DNA of 64,000 nucleotides from Candidatus Omnitrophota bacterium (GTDB lineage Bacteria > Omnitrophota > Omnitrophia > Omnitrophales > Aquincolibacteriaceae): NCBI GenBank assembly GCA_043803685.1, contig JAZDJU010000037.1, positions 91,746 to 155,745 of the forward strand, given 5' to 3'. Positions 1-10,695 of the stretch are shown in pieces. How positions within the stretch are numbered: position 1 is the stretch's first letter; every line of letters starts with the position of its first letter. Position numbers and translations under genes: made by a program. The notes below the pieces were generated by a model. That model made no database searches. It was not told where the DNA came from and saw only the letters and a list, made by a program, of their open reading frames with translations.

Positions 1-1232
1 GCAAGATCGCGCAGGTCCCTGTCGGCGAGGCCCTGAAGGGTCGCGTCATTAATCCGCTCGGAGTACCGCTCGACGGCAAAGGGCCGATCGTCTCGCAAAA
101 GACGCGCCCGATCGAATCCCTGCCTCCCTCAGTCGTCCAGCGTCAACCCGTCAAGGAACCTTTGCAGACCGGCATCAAGTCGATCGACGCGATGATCCCC
201 ATCGGTCGCGGCCAGCGCGAGCTCATCATCGGCGACCGCCAGACCGGGAAGACCGCCATCCTGATCGATACGATCTTGAACCAGAAGACGACCGGCGTGC
301 ATTGCATTTATGTCGAGATCGGACAGAAATTGTCGAGTGTCGTGGCGCTTGCGGATACGCTCGAAAAACAAGGCGCGATGGAATACACCACGATCGTGTC
401 CGCCTCTTCCGACGATCCCGCTCCACTTCAATACCTCGCGCCTTATGCCGGCGCCGCGATCGGCGAGGAATCCCTTTTTAATGGAAAGCATGCCCTGGTG
501 GTCTACGACGACCTTTCGAAACACGCCGTCGCTTATCGTCAGCTGTCGCTCCTCCTTCAAAGACCTCCGGGACGCGAAGCCTATCCGGGCGACGTTTTTT
601 ATCTTCATTCACGCCTGCTCGAGCGCGCGGCCAAACTGCGCGAAGACCTGGGCGGCGGCTCGCTCACCGCGCTTCCCGTGATCGAAACACAACTCGGCGA
701 TATCTCGGCTTATATTCCGACGAATGTCATTTCCATCACCGACGGACAGATCTATCTGGAAAGCGATCTTTTTTACGCGGGCGTGCGGCCGGCCATTAAC
801 GTCGGTCTTTCGGTTTCGCGCGTCGGCGGAAATGCCCAGACCAAAGCCATGAAACAGGTCGCTGGCATGTTGCGCCTTTCACTCGCGCAGTACCGGGAAC
901 TCCAGGCGTTCGCCCAACTCGCGACCGACCTCGACAAAGCCACCAAAGATCAGCTCACCCGTGGCGAGCGCATGGTCGAGATCCTGAAACAGACCGACCT
1001 TCATCCGCTCCCCCTTGAAAAACAGGTCGTGAGCATTTTCGCCGGGAACGAAGGCTTTCTGGATGATGTTCCCGTCACCAAGGTGCGGGACTTCGAGACG
1101 AAGCTCTTGGACTTCATCGACAAGAACTATCATGAGGTCCTGCTCGAGATCGCGGAGAAAAAGGTCCTTTCGGACGCGCTGAAAGAAACCATGAAGCAAG
1201 CGGTCGTTAAATTTAAACAAACCTTTAAATGA
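1..1232 (+). CDS. atpA: F1 ATP synthase subunit alpha (5' end outside window)
   Basis: Frame is open from the window edge. Translation contains [29 protein letters not shown] (Walker A). Gamma, beta and epsilon genes follow. Confidence 0.97.
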   Translation, partial: KIAQVPVGEALKGRVINPLGVPLDGKGPIVSQKTRPIESLPPSVVQRQPVKEPLQTGIKSIDAMIPIGRGQRELIIGDRQTGKTAILIDTILNQKTTGVHCIYVEIGQKLSSVVALADTLEKQGAMEYTTIVSASSDDPAPLQYLAPYAGAAIGEESLFNGKHALVVYDDLSKHAVAYRQLSLLLQRPPGREAYPGDVFYLHSRLLERAAKLREDLGGGSLTALPVIETQLGDISAYIPTNVISITDGQIYLESDLFYAGVRPAINVGLSVSRVGGNAQTKAMKQVAGMLRLSLAQYRELQAFAQLATDLDKATKDQLTRGERMVEILKQTDLHPLPLEKQVVSIFAGNEGFLDDVPVTKVRDFETKLLDFIDKNYHEVLLEIAEKKVLSDALKETMKQAVVKFKQTFK

Positions 1233-1237
1233 CGGAT

Positions 1238-1308
1238 AACGGATGGAGGATGGAGGATGACGACAGGCAAGGTTTTTCGCCTTCCGCCATCCGCCTTCCG
1301 CCATCCAT
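1238..1308. repeat. Intergenic array of complementary short words (GGATGGA x3 facing CCATCC/CCTTCC x4)
   Basis: Read directly: ggatggaggatggaggatg ... ccttccgccatccgccttccgccatcc between atpA and atpG. No T-run. Confidence 0.7.
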
Positions 1309-1317
1309 AGCGAAGCT

Positions 1318-2186
1318 ATGAGTGGACAGCTGAGAGCTTTAAAAAACAGGATCCGCGGCGTCGAGAGCACGAAGAAGATCACCAAAGCCATGGAAATGGT
1401 GGCCGCGGCGAAGCTCAAGCGCTTTCAAAGATTGCGGGAGCAGTCGACCCCCTACGTCCTGGCCGTGGAAGGGGTCCTGGACCGGCTTCTCGCGACCGAT
1501 GTTCCGCTCGAGCATCCTTTGCTCGAGATCCGTGAAGAGAAAAACGCCGCGCTTCTCGTGGTCACTTCCGACACGGGGCTCTGCGGGTCCTTTAACCAAC
1601 TCCTCATCGAGGAAGCCAGGAAATTTCTCCGGAATAGTTCCAAGGCGCCCCTTTTGATCGGCGTCGGCAAGCAGGGCGTAAACGCCCTTTCGCGCGCGGG
1701 TCACACGTGGCACCAGACTTTCACGGACACCAAGACCTCGCAGGTCGAGTCGGTTATTTCGCAAGCGAGCGCCCTGATCGAAACGCTTTTCACGGAAAAA
1801 AAGGTCGATGCCGTTTACGCGGTCTATACTCATTTCATGGGAAAATCCATCTACCGCGTCACGACCGAAAAACTTCTTCCGTTCACCCTAGCCTCTTCTC
1901 AAAAAGAAGAGGATGCGGGGGACGACACCCATTACATCCTGGAACCCAGCCGCGAAGCGCTTTTTACAAGGCTCATTCCGCTCGTTTTTGCGGCCAAGGC
2001 ACGCATGATGTTCATGGAATCCTTGATCTCGGAGCAAATGGCGCGAATGAACGCCATGTACCAGGCCACCGAGAACGCGAAAGAACTGATCGACACGCTG
2101 GTCCTTTTACGGAACAAGGTCCGGCAGGCCGCCATTACCAAAGAACTTATTGAGATCGTTTCGGGCTCGAAGGCTTTAAAACAATA

Positions 2187-2187
<1 letters not shown>
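1318..2187 (+). CDS. atpG: F1 ATP synthase subunit gamma
   Basis: 289 aa. N-terminus LRALKNRIRGVESTKKITKAMEMVAAAKL and C-terminal helix ITKELIEIVSG are typical of gamma. Lies between the alpha and beta genes. Confidence 0.95.
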
Positions 2188-3681
<1,494 letters not shown>

Positions 3682-3685
3682 ACAC

Positions 3686-3758
3686 AACGAGCCACGTTCC
3701 ACGAGCCACGAGCCACGGATTTTAGAGTCCGTGGTCCTTGGCCCGTGGCCCCTGGCAC
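3686..3758. repeat. Intergenic array of complementary short words (GAGCCACG x3 facing CCGTGG/GGCCC)
   Basis: cgagccacgttccacgagccacgagccacgg / ccgtggtccttggcccgtggcccctggc. About 20 of 28 positions are complementary by hand alignment. Confidence 0.7.
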
Positions 3759-3765
3759 AGGTTTA

Positions 3766-4041
3766 ATGATGGCCGCGACTTACTCTCTGAAGATCATCAC
3801 ACCGCAAGGGATCGCCTACGAAGGAACCGTGTTCCATACGTTCCTTCCCACGGAGAACGGCTTTGTCGGCGTGCTCGCGCATCACGCGCCGTATCTGGTG
3901 TCGTCTAAAGGCGGGAAAATCACGGCCAAGGAAAGCATCGGCCTTGAAAAAACCTTTCAGGTCGGCCCGGGCTTCTTCGAGGTCCACCACGACCAGGCCG
4001 TGTTCCTCACCACAACATTCCAAGAAGAAGGACTATCATAA
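3766..4041 (+). CDS. atpC: F1 ATP synthase subunit epsilon, short form (about 91 aa, beta-sandwich domain only)
   Basis: MMAATYSLKIITPQGIAYEGTVFHTFLPTENGFVGVLAHHAP matches the epsilon N-terminal domain. The ORF stops where the C-terminal helical hairpin would begin. Start chosen at ATG 3766; the ORF track begins at GTG 3745. Confidence 0.85.
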   Translation: MMAATYSLKIITPQGIAYEGTVFHTFLPTENGFVGVLAHHAPYLVSSKGGKITAKESIGLEKTFQVGPGFFEVHHDQAVFLTTTFQEEGLS

Positions 4042-4045
4042 AAGT

Positions 4046-4098
4046 TGTGGTTGTCCTGATTTCTTTTGATAAGAAATAAAAAGATCAGGGCACCACGA
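4046..4098. repeat. Imperfect inverted repeat downstream of atpC
   Basis: gtggttgtcctgatttctttt ... aaaaagatcagggcaccac. Confidence 0.6.
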
Positions 4099-4120
4099 CC
4101 TTCTCCGAACAAAGCTAAAA

Positions 4121-4165
4121 GGGACAGTCCCCCTAAAATTTAAGGGGACTGTCCCTCTTTTTTTT
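4121..4165 (+). terminator. Rho-independent terminator of the atp operon (possibly bidirectional)
   Basis: Perfect 12 bp stem gggacagtcccc / ggggactgtccc with an 11 nt loop, followed by tctttttttt. Confidence 0.85.
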
Positions 4166-4174
4166 CGCGAATCT

Positions 4175-4567
4175 TTAAAAGAAGATCCCCATCACGAGGA
4201 GCGCCACGCCCACAGACGCGGAACTGAGCGCCACCACACGAAGCGCGAGCGGCTCGGCCACAAGCGCCATCAGGAATTCCCGGGATTTTTTGTAGAAGAA
4301 GACCATCGGCGCGACCTTCATGAGCGCGAGACTCATCACGAGCGTCACCACAAAGTTCTCCATACTCGCCGCTCTTGCGAATTCAATCCAGGTCCACAAC
4401 ACAAGCACTAGCACAACCATCCCCACGACCGGCATCCAACGGGGCCGGGTTTCGGGATAAACCTTCATCGTAAGACGCCTCAGACTTTCCACCGAAAGGG
4501 CCGCCCACGCTCCCCCGAGCACCATCCACGCACCGAGTGCAACGCTCAGGATCTCAAAATAGATCAT
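4175..4567 (-). CDS. Hypothetical integral membrane protein (about 4 TM)
   Basis: Hydrophobic ORF. Start moved to MIYFEIL (GGAGG 5 nt upstream) to avoid overlap with the upstream gene. Confidence 0.6.
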   Translation of the reverse strand: MIYFEILSVALGAWMVLGGAWAALSVESLRRLTMKVYPETRPRWMPVVGMVVLVLVLWTWIEFARAASMENFVVTLVMSLALMKVAPMVFFYKKSREFLMALVAEPLALRVVALSSASVGVALLVMGIFF

Positions 4568-4592
4568 AAAACCTCCGTCTACGACGTGCGCT

Positions 4593-5270
4593 CTATGCGC
4601 TGAAATATTTCCGAAGGATGACTTTCGGATCCATCGCGAGAAACTCAATAAAAGTCTGGGTTTTCAGGTAGGCGTTCCTGAATGCGTCGCTACGGCACAT
4701 CACCGTAAGCCGTTTGATACAACTCTTGGACGTTTCGGTGACGTGTTCGCGAAGTTCGGCGATCACACGATCCGCCTCGGCCGGATGATCCCGGTGGATC
4801 CAGAAAACGTTCATCGCCAGCCGTACGATCGCTTCTTCCAGGCTCATAAGCGGCACGATCCCTTTGAAATAAGGCTGGTATCGCTGGACGTCTTCGCAAT
4901 ACTCAAAAAGAGCCATGTTCGTGACATACTGGAGGGCATGTTGGAGATCGGTCTCCGAGATCGTGATCTTGCCGTCGCCTTGAACATAGATGGCCGTCAC
5001 ATAATCGCACGAAAGATACTTTTCCATTTGTTCGAGGAACGGCAGAAGTGGTTTCATCGCCGAGCAGAGCACGTCCTGTCCCCGGTGAGGACAGACCTTG
5101 CAGGTCTTGAAATCGTCATGTTGCCGCATTGCAAGAGGCAGGCGATGAGGATCCTTCCAGAACTCTTCGCTCAATTTTTGGATGTTCTCGACGGAAAGAT
5201 CCAGGGTCTCCCCATTCTGGAAGGAAAGGTACATCCCTTCTTTTTTGTATTGCTCCGTCTTCAGTTGCAT
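4593..5270 (-). CDS. Hypothetical protein (Cys-containing, no family recognised)
   Basis: Long ORF with an AAGGAG-like RBS before MQLKTEQ. No recognisable motif. Confidence 0.6.
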   Translation of the reverse strand: MQLKTEQYKKEGMYLSFQNGETLDLSVENIQKLSEEFWKDPHRLPLAMRQHDDFKTCKVCPHRGQDVLCSAMKPLLPFLEQMEKYLSCDYVTAIYVQGDGKITISETDLQHALQYVTNMALFEYCEDVQRYQPYFKGIVPLMSLEEAIVRLAMNVFWIHRDHPAEADRVIAELREHVTETSKSCIKRLTVMCRSDAFRNAYLKTQTFIEFLAMDPKVILRKYFSA

Positions 5271-5318
5271 ATCCGAACTCCTTGTGAAAAACATTCGCTA
5301 CAGGCTTTGAGCTCTTGA

Positions 5319-5516
5319 CTAGAGTCTTCGGTCTTCTGTCTTAGGTCTTCCATCCTTAGCCTTCTTCCATCCTTCAATGATCAGCGTGACACCCACGAGA
5401 AAGAACGAAAGGAACCCCAGAAATGAAAAGACCATGCTAGGAAGCGTTCCCACCCAGAACGCGCAAAGAATAAGAACGGCCCCGGGAAGGAAATATTGCC
5501 AAAGATAGCTTCTCAT
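5319..5516 (-). CDS. Small hypothetical 2-TM membrane protein
   Basis: 65 aa ORF with two hydrophobic segments and a charged tail. Confidence 0.4.
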   Translation of the reverse strand: MRSYLWQYFLPGAVLILCAFWVGTLPSMVFSFLGFLSFFLVGVTLIIEGWKKAKDGRPKTEDRRL

Positions 5517-5652
5517 AGAAGCTCATTCTCGCAGAACTGATCCCCCACCGCAAGCGGGACGACTAACCGTCCTGCGTGAGACGTACGCTCACTCAGCCTC
5601 CTTGATTTTGAAGGCGATCCCAAGTAACATTCCCCATCAAAGGAGATGAGAA

Positions 5653-6531
5653 ATGATCGAGGTCTTGCTGGACGCTTTCAAAGATACGTTGGCCATGGCG
5701 CCGTGGCTTCTGGGGATCTATATCGCGCTCGAGTTCCTGGAAAACCGGTCGGAGTCCTTCATCGGCGAGAAGATCAGCCACCGGATGGGCGCGGCGCCTC
5801 TCCTGGGCGCGCTCTTCGGCTGTATCCCCCAATGCGGCTTCTCGGTCATCGCCGCCACGCTTTTTGCCCGCCGGTGCATTTCACTCGGAACTCTCATTGC
5901 CGTTTTTATTTCGACCTCGGATGAAGCAGTCCCGGTTATCCTCGCCCAACACGACAAGGCGCCGCTCGTCCTCTGGCTCCTGTTTGTAAAAGTGATCCTC
6001 GCAACGGTCGCGGGCTACGCAGTCGACTTTTTTTGTAGAAAAGATAATCCCCGGGAACCGCATTCGTCCCACGCCCCCGTCGTCCCTCAGGGAGGATACC
6101 GCCACTGCAGCTGTCACGCCCACGGCCGGGAAATTCCCCGGTGGAAAACATTCTTTCTCTTCCCGCTCAAACACACGCTCAAAGTCCTTTTCTTCATTTT
6201 CGCGGTGTCGCTGTCGATCGGTCTTCTTGTCGCGAGATCCGGAGAAGCGGGCCTGGAGCACCTTTTTTTTTCAGGCACGCTCCTGCAACCATTCTTTTCC
6301 GTCCTTGTCGGCCTGATCCCGAACTGCGCGGCTTCGGTCGCGATCACCGAGATCTATCTGAAAGGCGGCATCACTTTCGGCTCCGCCGTCGCGGGCCTTT
6401 CGGCAAGCGGCGGTCTGGGCTTCCTGGTCCTTCTCAAAGAGAACAAGGACCGGAAAGAGAACGCACTCGTCATCGGACTTCTCGTGCTGATCAGTCTTAC
6501 CGCCGGAATTCTTCTGAATATATTGACCTGA
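5653..6531 (+). CDS. ArsP_2-like (PF11449-type) putative 10-TM metal/metalloid exporter
   Basis: IPQCGFSVIAATLFARRCISLGTLIAVFISTSDEAVPV matches the conserved core of that family as I recall it. GGAG RBS before the ATG. Confidence 0.65.
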   Translation: MIEVLLDAFKDTLAMAPWLLGIYIALEFLENRSESFIGEKISHRMGAAPLLGALFGCIPQCGFSVIAATLFARRCISLGTLIAVFISTSDEAVPVILAQHDKAPLVLWLLFVKVILATVAGYAVDFFCRKDNPREPHSSHAPVVPQGGYRHCSCHAHGREIPRWKTFFLFPLKHTLKVLFFIFAVSLSIGLLVARSGEAGLEHLFFSGTLLQPFFSVLVGLIPNCAASVAITEIYLKGGITFGSAVAGLSASGGLGFLVLLKENKDRKENALVIGLLVLISLTAGILLNILT

Positions 6532-6702
6532 CGTACGGCGCAAGGCGTACATCCTATCGCGAAGAACATTTTCTTTTTCTCCGCACGCCGTGCTCCGTAT
6601 GCGTAACGCTTTGTGATATAATCCGCCGACCGATACGAAGCTGTAATGGGTCAGGCACCAAGGTGCCCGACCCCCTCCTTCAGTCATTAAAAGGAAAATT
6701 CT

Positions 6703-6975
6703 ATGGATTGGAAGATCTTCTTAGCAACTTTAAGCGCTATTTTTTTCGCGGAACTGGCCGACAAAACCCAGCTCGTGAGTATCACGATGGCCTCCAAGAC
6801 CGGGAAGCCTCTTTCCGTGTTCCTGGGATCGATCGCGGGCTACGCGCTCGTAACCCTCATTTCGGTCATACTCGGAACTCTTCTGGCGAAATACGTAAAA
6901 CCCGAGTTCATACGCTACTGCGGCGCGACGGCGTTCGTGGTCATCGGGACGTTGATGTTTTTTAACAAACTGTAG
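6703..6975 (+). CDS. UPF0016/GDT1-TMEM165 family half-size membrane protein (putative Mn/Ca transporter subunit)
   Basis: 90 aa with the single signature E-x-G-D-K-T-like motif AELADKTQL. Confidence 0.8.
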   Translation: MDWKIFLATLSAIFFAELADKTQLVSITMASKTGKPLSVFLGSIAGYALVTLISVILGTLLAKYVKPEFIRYCGATAFVVIGTLMFFNKL

Positions 6976-6987
6976 ATAACTGCATAA

Positions 6988-7050
6988 CGCGCAACGGGCA
7001 ACGCACAACGGAAATGGTTTCGTTGCGCTTTGAACGTTGTACGTTGAGCG
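6988..7050. repeat. Intergenic array of complementary short words (CAACG x3 facing CGTTG x3)
   Basis: gcgcaacgggcaacgcacaacgg aaatggttt cgttgcgctttgaacgttgtacgttgagcg. Confidence 0.7.
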
Positions 7051-7066
7051 TAAAAAGGAGTGTTCC

Positions 7067-7147
7067 ATGGCCAAGAAAGCGAAAAAAGTTGCAAAAAAGA
7101 AAGTAACCAAGAAGAAAGCCGCAAAGAAATCCTGCTGCTGCCGTTAA
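7067..7147 (+). CDS. Mini-ORF, 26 aa Lys-rich peptide ending SCCCR
   Basis: AAAGGAG RBS 6 nt upstream of the ATG. Translation MAKKAKKVAKKKVTKKKAAKKSCCCR. Below the ORF-track size cutoff. Confidence 0.45.
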   Translation: MAKKAKKVAKKKVTKKKAAKKSCCCR

Positions 7148-7210
7148 TCATTCCGACGCCTCCGCGGAAGCTGGATCTTCTCCTCTTCCGCGGGGGAAGA
7201 GGTTCCCCCT

Positions 7211-7372
7211 ATGGAAAATACGAATTCTAAAAAAGAAAAGAAAAAAGGGTTTTTCGCGAAACTCTTCGAAAAGATCGACAAGAAGCTGGAAGACAAGGCG
7301 AAAAAATCCGGTTGCTGTTGCGCCCCTTCCAAGGATAAAAAAGACTCGGACGGAGATTCATGCTGCGGGTAG
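7211..7372 (+). CDS. Mini-ORF, 53 aa Lys-rich peptide with GCCC and C-terminal SCCG
   Basis: MENTNSKKEKKKGFFAKLFEKIDKKLEDKAKKSGCCCAPSKDKKDSDGDSCCG. Shares the AKKS-CCC motif with the preceding mini-ORF. Its last codons overlap the permease ATG. Confidence 0.45.
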   Translation: MENTNSKKEKKKGFFAKLFEKIDKKLEDKAKKSGCCCAPSKDKKDSDGDSCCG

Positions 7373-8319
7373 CCGCAGACTGGTGGGTCTACTCCGTTCT
7401 GAGGCTTCCGCACGACACGCTCAGGGCCGAGGCCCTTTCCTTTTTCATCTACGATTCCCTCAAAATTCTCATTCTGCTCTTCGTCATGATCGCGGGGATC
7501 GGCTTCCTCCGAACATTTCTTCCTCACGAAAGGATCAAGGGATGGCTGGAAAAAAAGACGGGGTGGGGGAATTTCCTGGCCGCTCTTTTCGGGGCCGTCA
7601 CTCCGTTCTGTTCATGTTCCTCGATCCCGATCTTCCTGGGATTCATCAAGGCCGGGATCCCTCTGGGGATCACGTTCTCGTTCTTGATCACTTCCCCGCT
7701 GATCAATGAATACCTGGTGGTGGTCATGCTCGGTTTTTTCGGATGGAAGATCACGGCGGTTTATATCCTGAGCGGCATGTTCCTCGGGACCGTGTGCGGC
7801 ATACTGCTCGGAAAAATGAAGCTCGAGGCCCATCTGGTGAATGATATACGGCCCGCCGACGGCCCGGTCGAGGCCTATCCGAATTCCACCGGTTTCGGAT
7901 CGAGGATCGCCTTCGGGATCGGCGAGGCCGTCTCGGTCATCAAAAAACTCTGGCTTTGGATATTGATCGGGGTCGGGATCGGCGCCGTCATCCATAACTA
8001 TGTCCCGGAAACCACGATCCAGAACTTGATCAGCAAGACCGGCGTTTTTTCCGTTCCCCTCGCGACCTTGCTCGGCGTCCCGATGTACGGAAGCTGCGCG
8101 GCGATCGTTCCGATCGCGGTCGTTCTCTTTCAAAAAGGTGTTCCGCTCGGCACCGCGCTCGCGTTCATGATGGCGGTTTCAGCCCTGAGCCTTCCCGAGG
8201 CCGTGATGCTCCGCCGGGCCATGAAACTGCCGCTCATCATGATCTTTTTCGGTATCACGACGGCGGGGATCATTCTCACGGGTTATCTTATTAATGCCCT
8301 GCAACCGTTCCTGACCTGA
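7360..8319 (+). CDS. ArsP_1/DUF318-type permease (YraQ-like)
   Basis: 319 aa polytopic protein with the vicinal-cysteine motif VTPFCSCSSIP and a second half containing PMYGSCAAIVP. Confidence 0.8.
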   Translation: MLRVAADWWVYSVLRLPHDTLRAEALSFFIYDSLKILILLFVMIAGIGFLRTFLPHERIKGWLEKKTGWGNFLAALFGAVTPFCSCSSIPIFLGFIKAGIPLGITFSFLITSPLINEYLVVVMLGFFGWKITAVYILSGMFLGTVCGILLGKMKLEAHLVNDIRPADGPVEAYPNSTGFGSRIAFGIGEAVSVIKKLWLWILIGVGIGAVIHNYVPETTIQNLISKTGVFSVPLATLLGVPMYGSCAAIVPIAVVLFQKGVPLGTALAFMMAVSALSLPEAVMLRRAMKLPLIMIFFGITTAGIILTGYLINALQPFLT

Positions 8320-8323
8320 ACCC

Positions 8324-9058
8324 ATGACGCATTCTCCTTACACCCAATGCCCGGTGCTCTTTGAAGACGCGGACCTTCTCGTCATCAACAAACCCGAAGG
8401 GGTTCTATCGCACCCGAATCCGGGAGGCAAAGGTCCCGGCGCGGCTTTCGAAGGTCCTTATGATCTCGGAGACAGGCGTTTTCAGACCCCCGGAGGTCCC
8501 CTCTGGTTGATCCACCGCTTGGATCAGGATACGTCCGGAACCCTTCTCGCCGCGAAAAACAAGAAAAGCGCCGCGGCCTGCCGTAACGCTTTTGACAAAA
8601 GAGAGGTCAAAAAAAATTACGTCGCCCTGGTCTCCAGGAAACCGATGCCACCCCACGGGATTTGGCGCGATACCCTCATGGAACAGCGATCCTCCGGCGG
8701 CGTCCGTTCGGCGATCAATTACGCGGGAAAGCCCAACGCTTTTTTGAATTACAAAATGAAGGAACATTTTCCGAAATATAATCTCTCGCTCCTCGAGATC
8801 GAACTGTTGACCGGAAAAACGCACCAGATCCGTGTGCAGTCGACCTACCGCGGTCATCCCGTAGCCGGCGACCGGATCTACGGAAATTTCACTCTGAACA
8901 AGGAATTGCGACAGGCGCTGGATCTTCACCGGATGTTCCTTCATGCCTGGCGGCTAGCCCTTCCTCATCCGGCAAGCGGCAAACTTCTCACAATCGAATC
9001 CCCGCTTCCCGAGGACCTTGAAGACTGCCTTCTCAGGGTCTCTTCCTCGAAACGATGA
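8324..9058 (+). CDS. RluA-family pseudouridine synthase
   Basis: Catalytic motif HRLDQDTSGTLL and KNYVALV. 244 aa. Confidence 0.88.
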   Translation: MTHSPYTQCPVLFEDADLLVINKPEGVLSHPNPGGKGPGAAFEGPYDLGDRRFQTPGGPLWLIHRLDQDTSGTLLAAKNKKSAAACRNAFDKREVKKNYVALVSRKPMPPHGIWRDTLMEQRSSGGVRSAINYAGKPNAFLNYKMKEHFPKYNLSLLEIELLTGKTHQIRVQSTYRGHPVAGDRIYGNFTLNKELRQALDLHRMFLHAWRLALPHPASGKLLTIESPLPEDLEDCLLRVSSSKR

Positions 9059-10695
9059 AGGTCCTGCTTTTACAGCCTCCGGTTCAGGACTTCTATAATA
9101 CGGACATCCGTCTGCAACCAATCGGTCTGGCGTATCTCAAGGCCGCCGCCAAAAAACATCTTCCGGACGTTCACGTCACGATCAAGGACTATCACCACGG
9201 GTGGGGCCGAAGAACGATCGCGCTTCCCCGGGAACTCGCCTACTTAAAAGATTTTTACGCCAAGGACGACAAAAGCCCGTTCTCGACCTTCCATCATTAT
9301 TATCATTTCGGCGTGGACTTTGAGACGGTCGCCCGAGAGGTCGCGAAAGCGAAGCCCGATCTCGTAGGTATCGCTGCCCTTTTCGCCCCTTATCACCGCG
9401 AGGTTCTCCGCTGCGCGGAAGCTATTAAAAAACTCTGCCAGGTCCCCATTCTGCTCGGAGGCAGCCAGGTCTCCGCCATGCCTGAACACATGCTTGAGCA
9501 TCCTGCGGTCGATTTCGTGATCCAGGGCGAGGGCGAAAAACCGTTCGTGGAACTTTTGAAGGCGCTAAAAAAGGGCGGGAATCCCAAGAAAGTGCAAAAT
9601 CTTGGATACAAAAAACGCGAGCAACTGTTCTTAAATCCCCGGGAGGAGAACTATCCGGTCGAGAGCCTACCTTTTCCCGATCTCACCGACCTGCCTCAAA
9701 GTCATTATCTCTTCGAAAAAAAACCTCTTTGCTTCATCATCACTTCCCGCGGCTGTCCCTACCGCTGCGCCTTCTGTTCCGTCCATAAAACATTCGGGCA
9801 CAAATGCCGCCGCCGTTCCGCGAAGAACATTCTGGCCGAGATCAAACAACGTTACGCCGAGGGCTACCGTGTCTTTGACTTTGAGGATGATAATCTCACG
9901 TTCGACCGGAATGAAATGACGGCTCTTTGCCAAGAACTCATCCGGTTATTCCCCCAAAAGGATATCCAGCTGCTTGCGATGAATGGCGTCTGCTACTGGA
10001 CGCTCGACCGCACGATCCTCAAGCTCATGCGACAGGCGGGATTCACGCACCTGAACCTTTCGCTCGTAAGCACGAACACCCAACTGCTCAAAACAGTCCA
10101 GAGGCCCGCCCCGCTCAAAAAATACCGCGAGGTGATCGGTCACGCGACCGCGCTTGGTTTCAAAACCGTTGCTTACCAGATCCTCGGTCTTCCGGGAGAC
10201 ACGCTCGCTTCGATGATCCGGACACTTATCTTTAATGCGGGACTTCCCGTGCTCTTGGGAGCCTCTCCCTTCTATCTCATTCCCCGTTCTCCCATCGCGC
10301 GGCACTTCGACGAGCCGTCGGAGGCGGATATCTACAAAGCTCGCCTGACAGCGATGGCCGTTGAAACAAAGGATTTCAAACGCGAGGACCTTTACACGCT
10401 CCTTATCACGACCCGCATTTTGAATTTCTTCAAAGGTCTGCCCCTTGCCGGAAGATCCGTGCCTCTCTCCAAGGCCCTCGCGATCGCCGAAATGCAGGAC
10501 AAGCGGTCAGCGACAGGCGCTGAGATTCTGAAGAGACTTCTAAAAGAAAAGGTTCTCTATGCGGCGACCTCCAAAGGCCTGGAGCCTCTTCCGCGTTTCC
10601 GGCCGGAACTTTTCTTCCGGCTGTGGCATAAGCTTGATATTATAAAAACTCAGTCCATGATCTCGATCCAAATTAAGGGAGGCCTGCGATGCTGA
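9055..10695 (+). CDS. B12-binding-domain radical SAM protein (function unknown)
   Basis: N-terminal MKVLLLQPP...IGLAYL Rossmann-like domain, then TSRGCPYRCAFCS (CxxxCxxC). ATGA overlap with rluA. Confidence 0.85.
   Translation: MKVLLLQPPVQDFYNTDIRLQPIGLAYLKAAAKKHLPDVHVTIKDYHHGWGRRTIALPRELAYLKDFYAKDDKSPFSTFHHYYHFGVDFETVAREVAKAKPDLVGIAALFAPYHREVLRCAEAIKKLCQVPILLGGSQVSAMPEHMLEHPAVDFVIQGEGEKPFVELLKALKKGGNPKKVQNLGYKKREQLFLNPREENYPVESLPFPDLTDLPQSHYLFEKKPLCFIITSRGCPYRCAFCSVHKTFGHKCRRRSAKNILAEIKQRYAEGYRVFDFEDDNLTFDRNEMTALCQELIRLFPQKDIQLLAMNGVCYWTLDRTILKLMRQAGFTHLNLSLVSTNTQLLKTVQRPAPLKKYREVIGHATALGFKTVAYQILGLPGDTLASMIRTLIFNAGLPVLLGASPFYLIPRSPIARHFDEPSEADIYKARLTAMAVETKDFKREDLYTLLITTRILNFFKGLPLAGRSVPLSKALAIAEMQDKRSATGAEILKRLLKEKVLYAATSKGLEPLPRFRPELFFRLWHKLDIIKTQSMISIQIKGGLRC

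Noticed and set aside
129-608. 159 aa minus-strand ORF and other long antisense ORFs (for example 15692..16783 +, 24330..25091 +, 36843..37889 +, 30577..31503 +, 17087..17884 +)
   Set aside because: Each lies entirely inside a gene with strong family motifs on the opposite strand (atpA, ftsK, infB, epimerase, dnaX). They are Arg/Pro/Gly-rich shadow frames with no motifs of their own.
5517-6702. yybP-ykoY (Mn) riboswitch upstream of the ArsP_2-like or UPF0016 genes
   Set aside because: Only short generic hairpins are seen (ggacg/cgtcc, gtgag/ctcac, ggtcaggcacc/ggtgcccgacc). The conserved yybP-ykoY core was not recognisable by eye. A covariance-model scan is needed to be sure.
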